Shown here in pieces: positions 12,219 through 25,990 of a stretch of DNA of 64,000 bases. Made by a program: the position numbers and the translations under genes. How positions within the stretch are numbered: position 1 is the stretch's first letter; every line of letters starts with the position of its first letter. The notes below the pieces were generated by a model, which was given only the letters and a program-made list of their open reading frames with translations, ran no database searches and was not told where the DNA came from. Source of the stretch: Amphiscolops sp. MND2022 (Eukaryota); NCBI GenBank assembly GCA_964187785.1, contig OZ076409.1, positions 20,772,001-20,836,000 on the forward strand. Reading direction: 5' to 3'.

Positions 12219-12563
12219 CAGAGTTTTGTTGACATCGCTAATTTCTTTCGCTAAACCGCTAATTTCAAAATTGCTATTTTGTTGAAAAGCTTTTTCTTCA
12301 AACTATTGAATGTTTGAATTCAAGAATGTTTTAAATATAAACGATAATTTAATTCAATTTTTGCAAAAAAACTAGAATTTTTATACTGTGTAGGTTTTAC
12401 AGATGAAGAGTTGGCATTTTTCGTAATCCTTTTGAAATTTCGTGTTTTTTCCGAGGAAATTTTGAGTTAAAACAATCTATTAGTTACCACTAATTTGAAT
12501 CGCCGAAAAAAATTCTGCGCTGCGGTTAGTTTGCTAAATTGCTGATTATCGGTGTCAAAACTG
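12219..12563 (+). mobile_element. hAT-like MITE (CAG..TTTTG..ACA / TGTCAAAACTG ends)
   Basis: Short terminal inverted repeats and gctaa subterminal repeats. Homologous copies start at 42252 and about 50820 (the latter ends at about 53236). Confidence 0.55.
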
Positions 12564-12662
12564 ATGCAGAGCGTCTGGAAGTTATAAGCCTCAAGTTACA
12601 GTTGTCACCCAGTAATGTCAATCAAATTTACAACTGTTGATGATCTTCTGCTGATTTTACAG

Positions 12663-12951
12663 GGCTTCTGAAGGAACAGAGTTGTTATCAGAAGAACAGT
12701 TAATGAAGCAATTCGGACCTGACCTCACATTCTGCCCTGAAAAATTCCAACATCTGTGCAAATATGGAAATAGTGGTCCAGGGTTTAGTTTCATGTCATG
12801 CAACTTCTACGTGCCATCTCTGGCAATGTTTGGCAAAATGCACGACATGAAGGGCGGCAAGGCTGACCAAATCACGCACGAAATGTTCAGATGTGCCGCA
12901 AGAGTTTATGCCAAAGAGAATTTCAAGAACAAAACCAATTTTTACTTTCCG
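12663..12951 (+). CDS. NT5DC1: NT5DC1-like exon 2
   Basis: Acceptor ttttacag; the join gives ILR-ASEGTELL. Ends NFYFP at phase-0 donor GTTAGA. Confidence 0.85.
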
Positions 12952-13693
12952 GTTAGACCACTTTCTCAAATTTACCAGTCAATAAATACTGCTTCTGAAA
13001 AAAAGTGGTTTGGAAAACGTATCCTCTGAGAAAAACTTGAAACTTCAGAACAGGCTTTTAGGGGGTGTGTTTCATGCTCTACATTTTTAGGACGTGTCTA
13101 TTTCATCGCTTCGATGTTCAAGGATTCACTGCAATCAATGTTAAAACTAGGACATACCCCGTACTGAGATTCAATTTTTACCCATCATTGGCCATGGATG
13201 GCCCTATAACAGTTTCATCACTGGCTTGGATCAGCACTGGCGAGGAGTGGAAGCTAAAGTTTGATAAACGAAGGCATTTCAAGCCAAAATAGTAAAAATG
13301 ATTTTCCTGCCATCTCAGTAAAGTGTCTTCGTTTTTTGTCAAAAAATTGTAAAATTTTATCCACAGAAAGTCGTTGACCTTGCATATACCATCCCTGGCC
13401 AATTGATCAGAATTTTATTGTTCACGTGAAACATGATGTACCGAATTGGTTCAGGGCTGCATTGCTTCGATAAAAATGTTCTCGGAACATGTAACTACAT
13501 TAACCTATCCAACAATAGCAAAATAAACGAACTAATGAAACAGCCTAAAATTGCTAATTAGTGGTGTCGGAGCTCTTAAATATTTAACAAGGATGAGTTT
13601 GGAAAAGAGCAAAAAATGTGAAAATAGGAAATATTGTACGTGCCAACGGAACTTTTTGGGGATAACTTTTATTTCTTTCGTGCATTTCCACAG

Positions 13694-13929
13694 GCAGTGC
13701 AAGATAACCCGAGTCAGTACATCAAAGCCAACTCGAACGAGTTCAAGAAGTTTCTGCAAGAGATCCGGTCAGCGGGCAAGGTTGTGTTCATCTGCACCAA
13801 CTCTCACGCAGACTACGCCGTGCATGTTCTCAACACGTGTTTGCAAGACACTAACTGGCACCAGTACATTGACTTCCTCCTCTGCGATGCCGAGAAGCCA
13901 AAGTTCTTCACCGCTCAACAGAATCACTC
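13694..13929 (+). CDS. NT5DC1: NT5DC1-like exon 3
   Basis: Acceptor tttccacag; AGKVVFICTNSHADY (motif II) and DAEKPKFF (motif III). Phase-2 donor GTTAGT at 13930. Confidence 0.85.
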
Positions 13930-14828
13930 GTTAGTTGACAAGTTTATTGAATTGAAATTTAAAACGAAGACATCATTTGGTCGAATGAATTTTATGCAGT
14001 TTCAAGGAATCAACATGGAACGATTTCTACTTCCTACTTTGGACATTTCAGTGTTGACTACAACTTTTTCATTAGTTTTACAAAAAGCGAATACGCGTTA
14101 TCATTGAAAAAATAGTTTTTCCATATTTCATAATCTCTGAATCGCATTTTTATTTTATAAAATTCGCTTTAAAAATTTTGTAGACAGAAAATGGAGCATG
14201 TTCGACCAACAACGAAAATCGATTCGTAGCATATGTATTTTCGAAGATATCTGAACTTGTTTTAAAAAAGTGCCTAAAATGTTTGAAAAGGTTTCCATCT
14301 GTTCGTGGCAAAGTAAGAATTATGGCAACTTTCTCAATATCTGTTCCAAAACATGTTCAAGAGGTTCTCTTCATTAGCTTTGAGCAGGCGCCGTTTTTGT
14401 CTTGTTTTTCAAATCGGATTTTAGAAAAAGTATTTCCCGTTTTCATCAAAAGACAAGTCTTCGCTCCAGCGATCTTTTACTTTTTCAATAGTTTTTGCCT
14501 GAAACTACGAGAAACATGCTGGGAAAGAAACTGGAGATTACCTTGCGCTATTTGGGGAAATTTTCGGTACTGTGGAGAACAGAGTTCTAATAATTGTTCG
14601 TAAGACTTTGCTTTTTGAGCCTGCAGCGGGGTACCGTCTTGGGCCGTTCCCGGTTTGTTTCAAGTTGAACCATCATATCAAAGTATTAACTTTGTTGGTG
14701 AGAAATTGCCAAGCAAAAAGCGGTGGCTATACTAATTTAGAAAATGTCTTTTTGGAACCCTATATGCATGAATAAGTTTTCAGATCTGTAGAAATGTTTT
14801 ATTTTAGTTGAGATTTATTTTAGTTGAG

Positions 14829-15283
14829 ACTAGCCGGACCGAGTCATTGCCATATCTAAGGCTCAAAAATAGCAAAAGGACTTCAAAGTGCCAAAGTATT
14901 CTCTTCTACAGCACTCAATTTTTTTTGAAAAAAGTCTCACAATGCCGAAAAAAACTGAAAAGGAGTTTTTGGGATTTTTCAAGATCCATTCTGTCGCAAA
15001 ACTCCAAAAAAATTGAAGGGGGACCCTTTGGTGGAAAAGAAATTTTCAAAAAAAGTCGCACAATGCCAAAAAACTGGAAGGGGGACTTGCCCCCGGTAAT
15101 GTATGTTACGCGGAAAAAAGGAAAAACTTTTTTGGTTCAGTTTCCTGGGCCAACAGGTTCGATTTAAAATTTTGTAAAACTTTTGGTAGAACGATTTTGG
15201 TCACTTCAGATGTATCTAAAAAACACTGACGAAAAGCCATGGCTATAGTCGACTCTTTTCTTAAGAAAAGCGCCGACTAAAAA
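14829..15283 (-). mobile_element. HINE-like family A copy
   Basis: tatctaaggctcaaaaatagc ... tatagtcgactc...gcgccgactaaaa. The 3' hairpin is partly deleted. Confidence 0.7.
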
Positions 15284-15511
15284 TGCAATGCACCGCAAAG
15301 TAGCTGATTTTCAACTTGACAAAAAGGCCGATTTCTAAAGTGTAACAAACTGGCCTGTTTTGAGAACGTAGCAAAATGGCCGATTTTCAAATGAAGACTT
15401 AGAATTCATCCTTTTATCTCAATTGTTTTCTCAACTTAATTGAGTAAATTAATTTACTGTATGACTCGGCCTTTCTAATCATGGGGCATTTTGCAGCCCT
15501 CCAGGTTGACC

Positions 15512-16052
15512 TTTTTAGTCGGCGCATTTTAGTAGAAAATGAGCCTGACTATTACAGTGGGTAGTTTTTTTAGACGCGTAAGGTCCACTTTTTTGTTCAT
15601 TTGTTCAACAACGTCAAACCTCAACGACTTCAAACCTCAACAACTCCAACCTCAGAAGCGCGTCCAAAACGAAAAGAAAAAAAAACAAAACAGACGTCTA
15701 GAGCCTCGAAAACACACTAAGGATCCCCCCATAGTCCCACTTTTTTTCGGCACTATGAGACTTTTTGGATTGCACCAAAGGGTCCCCCTTCATTTGTTTC
15801 GATATTTTGCAACACAATGGATGTCAAAAAATCGCAAGGGGTCCCCCCTTTTACATTTTTCGGCACTGTGACACTGTTCAAAAATCTCATTTTGAAAATT
15901 TTTTTGAGAAATTTTTTCATGTCCCCAAAGGGCCCCCCTTCAATTTTTTTTATTTTTTGCAACCAGCTGGAGTTTCACAAAGCCCGAAGGGTCCCCCCTT
16001 TTCAATTTTGAGCCTTAGATATGGCGCCGACTTTGGCCGTTCTCGGCTTGTT
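15512..16052 (+). mobile_element. HINE-like family A copy
   Basis: tttttagtcggcgc ... ggcgccgactttggccgttctcggcttgtt. Confidence 0.75.
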
Positions 16053-16315
16053 AGAACTAGCCGCTAGTGAAATGTGGCAAGTCGCACCGCTTCGCTTCGG
16101 CATGATCCTATTTGTTACGCCTGAAAAATTGTTCATTTTGTGACGTTTCAAAATCGGCCGTTTTGTGGCGTCCCCGAAAAATGTGATGGTGCCACCACCT
16201 CTTGTCATGTTCGGGATGAAATTTTAAACTAAAAGATTAAAACAATCTTCATAAGCAATACTGAATTCGTCTCCATCAGAACAAATTGAAAATGAAAGGC
16301 CTCGATGCGATAATA

Positions 16316-16676
16316 AACAAGACGAGAACGTCTAAAATCGGCGCTATATCTAAGGCTCAAGAAGCAAAACATTTTTTTGAGAATTTTTTGAAGTTTTGAA
16401 TTTTTTTGGAAAAAGTCGCACAGTGCCGAAAAAAAATCGAAAACGGGGGACCCTTTACCCTTTAGTCTCGTCCGGTTTTGTGGGTTACCTTAAAAAAGTT
16501 TTAAAAAATGAAAGGGGGACGGACCCTTTGCACTAAGTTTGCATTGGCCGGACTTGGCACTTGGCCTTAGTGGTTTCAGGAGTTTCTTTAAAAAGTGGAC
16601 CGATCAGTGTGAGTCTGAAGAAAAAAGTCAGTTATAGTCGGGCATTTCCCTTGAAAGGAAAACGCGCCGACTAAAA
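16316..16676 (-). mobile_element. HINE-like family A copy
   Basis: aacaagacgagaacgtctaaaatcggcgc ... gcgccgactaaaa. Confidence 0.75.
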
Positions 16677-19600
16677 CAAGCTAGCATCTGTAAGAATCGG
16701 ACACTTTTTGATACAAAAAGCGTCGCCCAAAATTAATTTGGCGTTTCTGTTGAACATATGGAATGTGATCTACTTTATTAATTCTGAAAATTTCTATCTG
16801 AAACCAACTGGTCTTCTATTTTTAGAGAGATCGGCATTAATGGTTTTTCCATAATGATTTTCAGAAGAACTGAAACAATGTCCCATTTCAGTCAACCCTT
16901 TTCGTGAGAAAAAAACCGACTATAGCAGTGACATTTTTCAAGACCAGCGAACTGACGATTTCTATGAGCATTTCCATGGGTTGTGATTTCTAACTGCCAG
17001 TTGGTCTAGAGTAAAGATAAACCCGGCTTTTCTGAGTGCTGCTGGTGACCATTTTGAATACGTTTTGATCCTGTGGATCTGATGAGAGTTTTCTCAATGA
17101 TAAAGAAGAAGTTAATTTCCCCATTTCCGCGACGTCGGCGCTGAATGAGCAGTTATGCTTTTCTAATTCGGCGCCCTCCCGGATACTATCTCCCCATAGC
17201 AAGCTATGGTACTATATTTGCAGCCAAGTGGTCAAGCATTGGTGGACTTGAAGCTGTGGTTTCAAAGTGACTTGCTCAAGGTCACAAAGATCTGACTGCT
17301 CAGTGCTCACCGTTGCTCTTTGTTTTTGCTTTTCTCTGCCAAATGCACTGTTTTTGTCATTTACCATAACACTAAGCTAGGGATGAAGGACTTTCTTAAG
17401 GACCAACAATGGTGAAGTTGAGAGAGATTCGAACCTGATACTGCCCCAATACAGGCTGAATGCTTTATTGTTCAGAATCAGTTTTGTTCTTGTTTTGCGC
17501 AAGTAAAGAGTAGTGAAGAAGTGAAGTCAAATGTGAGAAGGTTCTTTTTTAAAACATCGTAGAGATGTTTTTGAAGAGGGATTTCATCTTGGTTAGGAGG
17601 AGAATTACTCCTGTCACCATGTCATATGGCAAAATAGGTTGGACAGAGCGGTAGCATTTATATTAGAGCTTTCTTGAATGCTTCAGGGTTTCTCTCCTTA
17701 GATTAACTCAAGGAACAAAGAGATGATGAAAGTTGTGTATTTTAGATAGAATGAAGTTCTTGAAGAAAGTAACATTGAGAAGATAATAATTTACAAGAGT
17801 GAAACTTTATAGTTTACGCGATTCGATGTCTGGTTGATATCGCAGTTGATTTGTTTTGTGTTTGAGTATATACAAGTCAACGTCCCTGCTTCAGAGGCTC
17901 ACTCTAGGTCTTGTGCTGCGCTGTGATTGGGTGTTGCATCTCTTTGGTCCACATCTGCCACGGGTGTCTGGAACTTCGAAATTTTGAATAAGTATACATG
18001 ATGAATATCATGACAACGCTTTTTACCAAAATGTGCAAGACTTGGCAGTGTCAAGTTTTCTAGGTGTCTGAGTGAAGGTCTTTTTTAATAATTTGACTAG
18101 ACGAATTTTTCAACATGTAAAACTCGACGACATAGTAATAGACGTTAGAGCAGTGTCAAAGAAAGCCAACGTACATGAGTTCGAATCCCACTCAGGGCAA
18201 GTTTTTCGTTTTCAAATTGAAATACGCAAATAGCGTTTTCCGATATAACGTTCATAAAGTAATATAATTCGGATGTTTGTGTGAACATTTCGGAAATGTT
18301 CCGGTTTTTGCTTTGGCCAAGAGGAAGGTGGGGGACTGTATATATCTAATTTTTCATTTTTTCATGAAATATCCTAATTGCATTACGATGCATAAACCGC
18401 AAAAGTGGTTTTTATCATCAAGTGTACAGTGTTTTTTTGCGTAAAACAAGAGCGAATGTATTTTAGTCAAATAGTTTAATGTGTTCATCGCGCATTCTGA
18501 TGCACCGTGTAATGAGAATTTGCGGATTTTGATCATTGAGCGTAATTAGAGAAAGTGTAAACCAGCAAGTAATTTTCAACCTAAAATTGGTTCAATTTCG
18601 TTTAATGCGTAAATTAGTCAATCTTTGACTAGAATTCAGTTTGACTAGATGTTCTCATATGATGCATATAACATGAAAATATTTTAGCTATAAGGTATCC
18701 GGTTGTGAATTTTTTCACTAGCTTTGGCTCAATTTCTTGAAGGCATCTAAAGCCCAACTTTTGGTATGATTATTTTACCTTAAATAACAAAATTGAGGGA
18801 TACGAAAGGATCGCCCCCCTTTTTGAATGCTTTTATATTTTGCAATCTCTTGGGAAAGAAACAAGCCCAAAAAAATGCCCATCTTTTGATTTATTCGGCA
18901 ATGTGACGTTTTCAAATTCCACAAAAACAGACCCTTTGCAATGTTGCAACAAGTTATTCTTTAGAATGAGAAGCGTTAGGGACGAACTTTGAATTTGATG
19001 AAAAAATGAATTTTAATTACACGTGCAACAAAACGAGTTGTTTCATGGAGTTCCTTATAAACGATGCAAGAATTCTTTTCCTGTAAATTAATCAAGCTAA
19101 GCGAGCGCAATCTCCAAATGTTGGCGAAGTCTTTCCTCTTTAATTTCCTTTGGAACTAGAACAGCCAAAATCTGTTCACTTCTCGGTGGTCTTCTGATAT
19201 CACGTGACCGTGATTACATTGTGAATGAAAGCTGCAAAGTAGTACATATAGAAATAATGAATTTCCACGGTGGAAATTAGATGACTTTTTCACCTGATGC
19301 CATTTCATTTTCTTTACTGACTTTAATCGATTAACTTTACTACAAAAAGGCGTCAAGTACCATGTAAGAAATAAATCGAACCTTTATTTGTGACAAAAAA
19401 ACTATAACAAAAATGCAATACTGTTAAGAAATCGTCCCCGGGTTTATTCTAGAGTTGAATTTCTCAAAAGCGGTTGAAAAACATCAAAAAGAGTTTCTTA
19501 CAATTTCATATTTGCGCAAATTTTTAAAATCAATTAGCGCCCCTAAATCCACTGAAGTAATTGAGATGCTTTGTTTTTGAAAATATGAAACCCTTTTAGA

Positions 19601-20771
19601 AATATCATGCTCAAAAATCTAAAATATAATTATTAGTTGATAAAGACGCTTGGCACGTAGGCGGACGATTTCTTGATCATAGTGTTGTATGTCGGTCTAA
19701 TTTCAACTATCAAATTGCAAAGAAACTTTCAGTTTCTTTTCTCATCGAATGGAACGTCATTTTAGCCTATTTTGCAATGTTTGACACCTTGTTTCAAGTT
19801 TTTCCGAGTGCTATTGATTGTTTCGAAATATTAATTATTTCGAATTCAATATTTCAGTTCCATTATTCCTATTTTCTGATTCAGTTAGATTTTTCTGAAT
19901 ACAAAGTAAGTTCCAATTTTCCAAAAGATAGGGTCCTAAAAAGTTTTTCTGTTTAGTTTGATAAATTTGTATTGCTGCTGCGTAAATGGCACATAGTGTT
20001 CCAAAAGTTTTCAATGATCCGGTTGCCCAAAGTGAGGAACTTTTTCAAGACCCATTTTCTCTCAATGTGCATTCTCCGTTTCTTTATCCGTAGTTATTTT
20101 GCTAAAATAACTCAAGTTTAACTTCACCTCCGGTAAGAAAATCCTGAGTTCAATTCATTTGTTAATGAATTTTACCCAGGATTTTCTGATATTTACATTT
20201 TTATTTAGTAACAGAGAGTTCAATTAGATTTGCCTGATAATACCTTGACCTTTGTTTTTCGGAATGTTGTAACTGGTGGTTACTCTCGAATTCTGTTAAA
20301 TGCTTATTTTAATTCATGGAATAATGTTGTTGCAACGTAGCGGAACGATCATTTTGTCTTTGACAGGTGCTTCCACATCCTCATAAGGATATTTGACTGT
20401 TTTGTTTCAAGAAATTTTGTACGTATTTGTACTTGTATGCGGGTTACCTACAACTAAAATTTTTTCCTATCCTTATGTGCCGGATTCGGTGTTTTCTGTT
20501 TTCTTCCCACTTGAAAATTTTTGCAAGACTTTTTAAAAATCTTTTATAAATTTTCCAAGATGAAGTCGTTTTGTGATACCAGATGTTTAACATCATGTGG
20601 AATAAGATTTTCATTAGAACAAAAATTTTCACACTTTTTGGTTATGAGTTTCATTGAAATAACTCACTGTTTCATGTGACTCAAAAGATAGTCGATGACT
20701 TTTTTAATTACTCAAGTTTTGAGTCATAACGGAAACTATCGTGACTTTTCTATCTAAAAAGGATTATTATA

Positions 20772-20930
20772 CAGTTGAATTCGCCTAATTCGCATCGCTA
20801 GGGACCCAATAAAATGGTACGGTTAATGAGAAAGACGAATTAACCGAATAATATTGCTTAGGTCGTCGCGAAACGGGGGTTTCCGATACATACGAATTAA
20901 ACGAAGATCCGAATTAACCGAAGTTGACTG
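20772..20930. mobile_element. Tc1/pogo-type MITE with TA target duplication
   Basis: TA-CAGTTGAATTCG...CGAAGTTGACTG-TA. A second, inverted copy lies at 22963-23125. Confidence 0.7.
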
Positions 20931-22326
20931 TATGTCAGAATAATGGAGAGTTTCAACAGTTGAGTTGCATTCAGAATATTTTAGAATTTGAAAAAAATAT
21001 ACATCAGTGTCAATTTCGAAAAAAGTGTAGGTGCGTAAAAAAATGGCAGGAAAGATACCGGATTTACCTGTTCACGCAAAGAATGTCGATTTTTCGATTG
21101 ATTTTTGGGTACATTTTCTACAAAAGTGATATCAATAGAATCTAAAACATTCCTAGTTGAGACTGCTGGAACTTTTTACTTGCTGCAGGCCTGCATACAT
21201 TGTAATTTTATTATAAAACCTAGAAAATTCAGTGGGGTTCTTGTAATAAATCTTGTAGAAATGGACTGCGTTTTCCACTACTGCAACTAAATTTGAAAAT
21301 ATTTCCGCTTTTTTACGGACACAATCACGTATTCACACATTGATTTCTCAACTACTCATCTGATATAATCACCGCTTCTCAAATAGGATGCTAAAGATGA
21401 CGCTAGTTTGTTGTTTACATTGTGAATGAAATTAATTTGCATTAAAATGGCGCCAAAATTGTTGACGTCGCAACTGCATATAAAAGTAGGACCGGCGGTT
21501 ATTACCGCATTAAAGTTTCCGCAAGAGGTTTACAAAATCATTATAAAAGTTGCTGGCAACTTTAAAGAACATGAAAAAAGTTCAAGCATGTTCAACGTGG
21601 GATTCCATTCGTCTTTTTAAAACCCAAATGATTCGGGGAAAAATAAAAGTCCGTCTTTTTTCTCAAAAGTTCGGTGTTTTTTGTACACTATAGACGTTTT
21701 CAAGAGCATTTTAATGCTTATCAATCGCAACTGTCCTACTTCATTGTATCGTCTATTTTAGTTATTTTAGTGGTAGTTCTTTCTGAGCAGTTAGTTGGGA
21801 ATGTTTCTTCGGTTTTTCATCTGGGCTTAAGTCATGATGTAAGACTTGTTCTCTGAATATGTCTTCAAAAATTCTCTTTTTTGCATGAATTTTATTCATG
21901 CTATACTTTTTTGCTTTATTTCTATCCAAACAGTTACGTTACCGAGTTTGCGTTTCCGATGATATGGAAATGTTTGAAAATGCAGACGTAAAGTTCAATG
22001 GTTGTTAGTAAGCTCACACGATGTTCTATGGAAACTTCCTAGCATTCATCCTGCACTCACTTCCATTCTTGGCCTTCTTTCAGTGTCGTTGTTATTTGAT
22101 CATCTCTCAACCAATCAATCGCAAGGGCCTTTTTCTCATGGCTGGATTTATCCATTGGATTGAGTGAATGTAAACTTAGCAGGTCCCAACTATTTACCCT
22201 TTCTGTTTGTTCGTCGTTCATCTTGTGGCATGATCGTGGATAAAAGATTGCGATGGATCATCAATTATTTGTCTAATATCACCATAATCATCATCGAAAG
22301 CAGAGCAGTCGCAAAAAGTGTGAGAT

Positions 22327-22741
22327 ATGGAGAGAAATAACAACGTGAAGACGAGTAAAGCCGATTACAAAGTTAATATTCTTTTTCTCTACAGGTTCTT
22401 CTATATTCTCAAAACAGCCAACTCCTGGTTAAGTGTCATTCTTGCTCTGCTGATTCTGTTTCTGTGTTTGGGTCAACAGATTCTAGTCTATTACGTTGGT
22501 CTTTTAGCATCACAGTTCTCTAAAGTGTTGGTGGACCAAGACTCAGATGGTTTCAAACACGTTTTATTCCGGGCTCTGGCTCTCACAGTGGGCGTATCTT
22601 TTGCCAACTCTTTCGTACAGTATGCTTATCAGACATTGTATCTTCACTGGAGGCAGAAAATGTGTTTCAAACTTCACAAATTGTATTTCACACGCTACAA
22701 TTATTATCACATCAACAACTGTTCTACCTCCTCACCAGCTG
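22327..22741 (+). CDS. ABCD4: ABC transporter subfamily D member 4-like (lysosomal cobalamin exporter family), exon 1
   Basis: Hydrophobic TM segments, QILVYYVGLLASQF, LYLHWRQKMCFKLHKLYF...YYHIN typical of the ABCD4 N-terminal TMD. Phase-1 donor G|GTATTT. Confidence 0.85.
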
Positions 22742-22962
22742 GTATTTATATTGTTTTTCACATCCAATCAATTAAATGCTCCTTTGTTTCGAACTTGGTG
22801 CTTTTAGTACATCAATTTTTAACTACTATATTGCGTATCAGTCTAAGTTTTACTAGCTTCCGAAAATTTTAGCTGTAATATTTGATCAGAATTTACTTGG
22901 AAATTTTTTCAAATATCATGTTCGTTTCACTGCTTTTATGAAATATTCGTATTTTAGCCATA

Positions 22963-23125
22963 CTGTCAACTCCGGTTAGTTCGTAGCCGGATCTTCGTTT
23001 AATTCATACGTATCTGAGAATCCATTTCGCGCCGACCAAAATAATATCATCCGGTTAATTCGTATCACTCCTTATTCGTACTGTTTCATCGGTCCATAGC
23101 GATACGAATTAGGCGGATTCCTCTG
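22963..23125. mobile_element. Tc1/pogo-type MITE, inverted copy of 20772-20930, in the ABCD4 intron
   Basis: Aligns by eye along its length to the reverse complement of 20772-20930. Confidence 0.7.
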
Positions 23126-23241
23126 CATTACAGATACTTCTTTCGTCGAATTTCCCGTTAATTGATTGGGCAATACACATTTTCCAAGTTTTTATAAAAG
23201 AGGAATTGAGTTTGATTGATGTGAAAAACAAACATGGTAAG

Positions 23242-24746
23242 GTTTCAATGTGGACAACGTGGATCAGCGTGTAACGGCAGACACGGACAAACTTCTTCTG
23301 ACCACTGCCCAGATTTACCCTACTCTCATTTTGTCGCCTTTCACTATCGCGTATTACACTTACAAGTGCTACAATGCTACGGGTTTCATGGGTCCTCTGG
23401 TCATATTCGGCGTCTTCGTTGTCGGCACCGTATGCAACAAGTTTTTGATGGGTCCTGTTGTTTCAAAAACAGTCAAACAAGAAGCAGCTGAAGGAGACTT
23501 TCGTTACTTCCATATGAAAGTCCGGTCTTGTAGCCAAAGTATAGCTTTCTACGACGGGGGACCTTTTGAACTCAGAACAGGCAATCAGTCAATCACTGCT
23601 TTGGTGAAAGTACAAGCTTCATTGTTTCTTCGCCAATTTGTTGTCAAATGCTTCACATCATTCTATGACTACATGGGCGCTATACAAAGCTATTTAGTCA
23701 TAGCTGTTCCTATTTTCGGAGGTCATTTCAAAGGCAAAACTGAAGGGGAACTTATCGAGATTGTCTCGGCATATTCGTTTCAGTCCATGTATCTCATTTA
23801 CTGTTTCAGTAATTTGATAGATCTTTCCAATAAAATTTCTGAGATTGCTGGAGTTACTCACAGAGTTGGCGAATTAGTTGAGGCTTTTCAGATCATTGAA
23901 GCTCAACACGAGCTGGTTTTTACCAAAGATGAGTCTGATGATTTTAACGACTGTTCATTGGACATTCAAGGAAACGAAATGGAGAATAGGAAACGACCTC
24001 CTGGAATTCAATCGGAACCTTTGATATCAGTGAAGAACCTCACTTTTGGAGTGCCTGCGGAAAGTCTTCTTGGCACTGAGATACAGGACGCAGATTTTAT
24101 GGTGTCATTGGTGGATAACCTGTCTCTAAAACTATTCTCAGGGGACCGTCTTTTGATAACAGGGCCAAATGGGGTCGGGAAGTCCTCCCTTTTACGTATT
24201 TTTGCTTCGATGTGGACTCCAAAAAGTGGCGAAATTTCAATTGCCACTGACAATGTTCTTTTCTTGCCTCAAGTACCTTATTTTTGCAGGGGTTCTTTGT
24301 TGGATCAACTGTATTACCCTCAGATAATAAAATCGCCCTCTGAGAGTGAAGTAGCTGAAGCTATGAAAGTTTTGAAAGAACTGGGTCTTGATTACATCCT
24401 AGATCGGTGCAATGGCTCTATCACCGACACGCAGAGTTGGAACTGGACTTCCGAATTGTCTCAAGGTGAAGCTCAGAAGTTGTCATTTGGCCGCGTCTTT
24501 TTGAACAAACCCACTGTTTTGTTTATGGACGAGGCAACCAGTGCCATAAGTACTGACGAGGAGTTGAGAATTTTCGAGATGCTCAACAAATTCGAGTCTC
24601 TGCAATTGTTTGTCAGCATAGCACATTCCATGACGGTACTAAAACATCATAATATTGTGTTGCACCTCTCCCCAGACCAAACTTGGGAGATGAAGCGGAG
24701 CTGTACAACTTCATCTGAAAACATCGACCTTTTTGTTGAAGAATGA
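23242..24746 (+). CDS. ABCD4: ABCD4-like exon 2 (rest of TMD plus nucleotide-binding domain)
   Basis: DNVDQRVTAD, EAA-like EGDFRYFH, Walker A GPNGVGKSS, FLPQ.PY, signature LSQGEAQKL, Walker B LFMDEATSA, H-loop SIAH. Only AG giving phase 1 after the in-frame TAA is 23240-23241. Spliced CDS 1920 nt (639 aa). Confidence 0.9.
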
Positions 24747-25485
24747 AATTGATCTTGATTAAAACGTGTACATTGTACTGACTTGACAGCTCTTGTATAT
24801 GTATTTATTTTTTGTATCACTAAACGGAACAATCATAAATTGCTGATCAAGTGATCTTTTTATTTGTATGCAGCATCATTAGCTACTGTCTGTCTCTCTG
24901 GGAGAAGAATTATCGAAGTGAGTGTATTTTTTAAATTGAATCTCTAACAAGAGTCTTTATGAGCGGCAACAACAATATTTTTAGGATCAAGCGAAACCAT
25001 TCGAAACTCTTACAAAAAGTTCGAAAGATAGTTTTTAAAAGGCACCTTTTGGTTCATAATGACTTTTTTTGGCTAATCTGGCACTTTTTGACTAAATTTG
25101 GCACCTTTCTATAAATACATTTTGAAAGGAATCGAAAGCAGCACGTGTGAAATAATTAGCCTGTTGTTCATTTGATCTGGCTTCGCACGATGAGAGTCTT
25201 CTCTGAAACAGCGCTGTGATTCGTCGTGATGAGGAAGCGGCCTCAATTTTCTTTCAATACGAACGATTATATCAGCTTGAAAAACGTGTTCGTGAAAATA
25301 TGCGTCAAACAGGTTCTTTCAAGAATTTTCCGTTATTCTCAACCACTTCTTTTTAGTCGACCCTTTTTGTGAATGAAATGGTCCGACTCTTACAATGGCA
25401 AGTTTTTTTCCAGACATAACCGCTTTTTGAACAGACTTTGTTCACGCTGCCACTTGGCCCAGTGATCACCGTGTCTTTCTTTATT

Positions 25486-25990
25486 ATTTCTGCTTTAGCA
25501 GGAAAAGTATTGTAACCTCAAACTGTCTACTTTTTTTCAGTACAATTTTTCGTACGATACTGAATAATTCGGCAGTGACTGTAAGCGTGGGAATTAAATT
25601 TCTCAAGCTGCCGACGACACTTCAATTCTAGTGCGATGGAACGAGCGAGTGGTAATTATCCATTCGTATGCTGACGTCATTGAGATGAAGCGAGCGAATG
25701 TTCGTAATTGTGCTTTCGTTGCCCCGAGTTATTGAGATGAAGCGAATGAGAGTTATTATTCGTTCGTTGAGAGCTTCGCCTGCATTCAAATGCGAATGCG
25801 AAACTTCGTCTACGCTTAGTAGTTATATTTTCTTTAGTCCGAGAAGAATTAAAGGCGGTGTAAACTTGTACAGTGATTAATTGTGCGCTAAATAATGATT
25901 AAACAAGAGTGTATTGGTATTCCAGATATGATTCTATTATTAATGAAAGATTAAAGCTGAAATAGTACTGAGCCCCGGAGGGGCCTATTT
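25486..25990 (+). mobile_element. HINE-like family C copy, inserted in a degenerate family A copy (about 25350-26220)
   Basis: 5' ATTTCTGCTTTA-GCAGGAA; 3' TAAAGCTGAAAT + GCCCC-gga-GGGGC hairpin + ctaTTTT. Confidence 0.7.

Noticed and set aside
17078..17105. Hammerhead ribozyme core (CTGATGA), also at 55833
   Set aside because: No correctly placed GAAA or closing stems.
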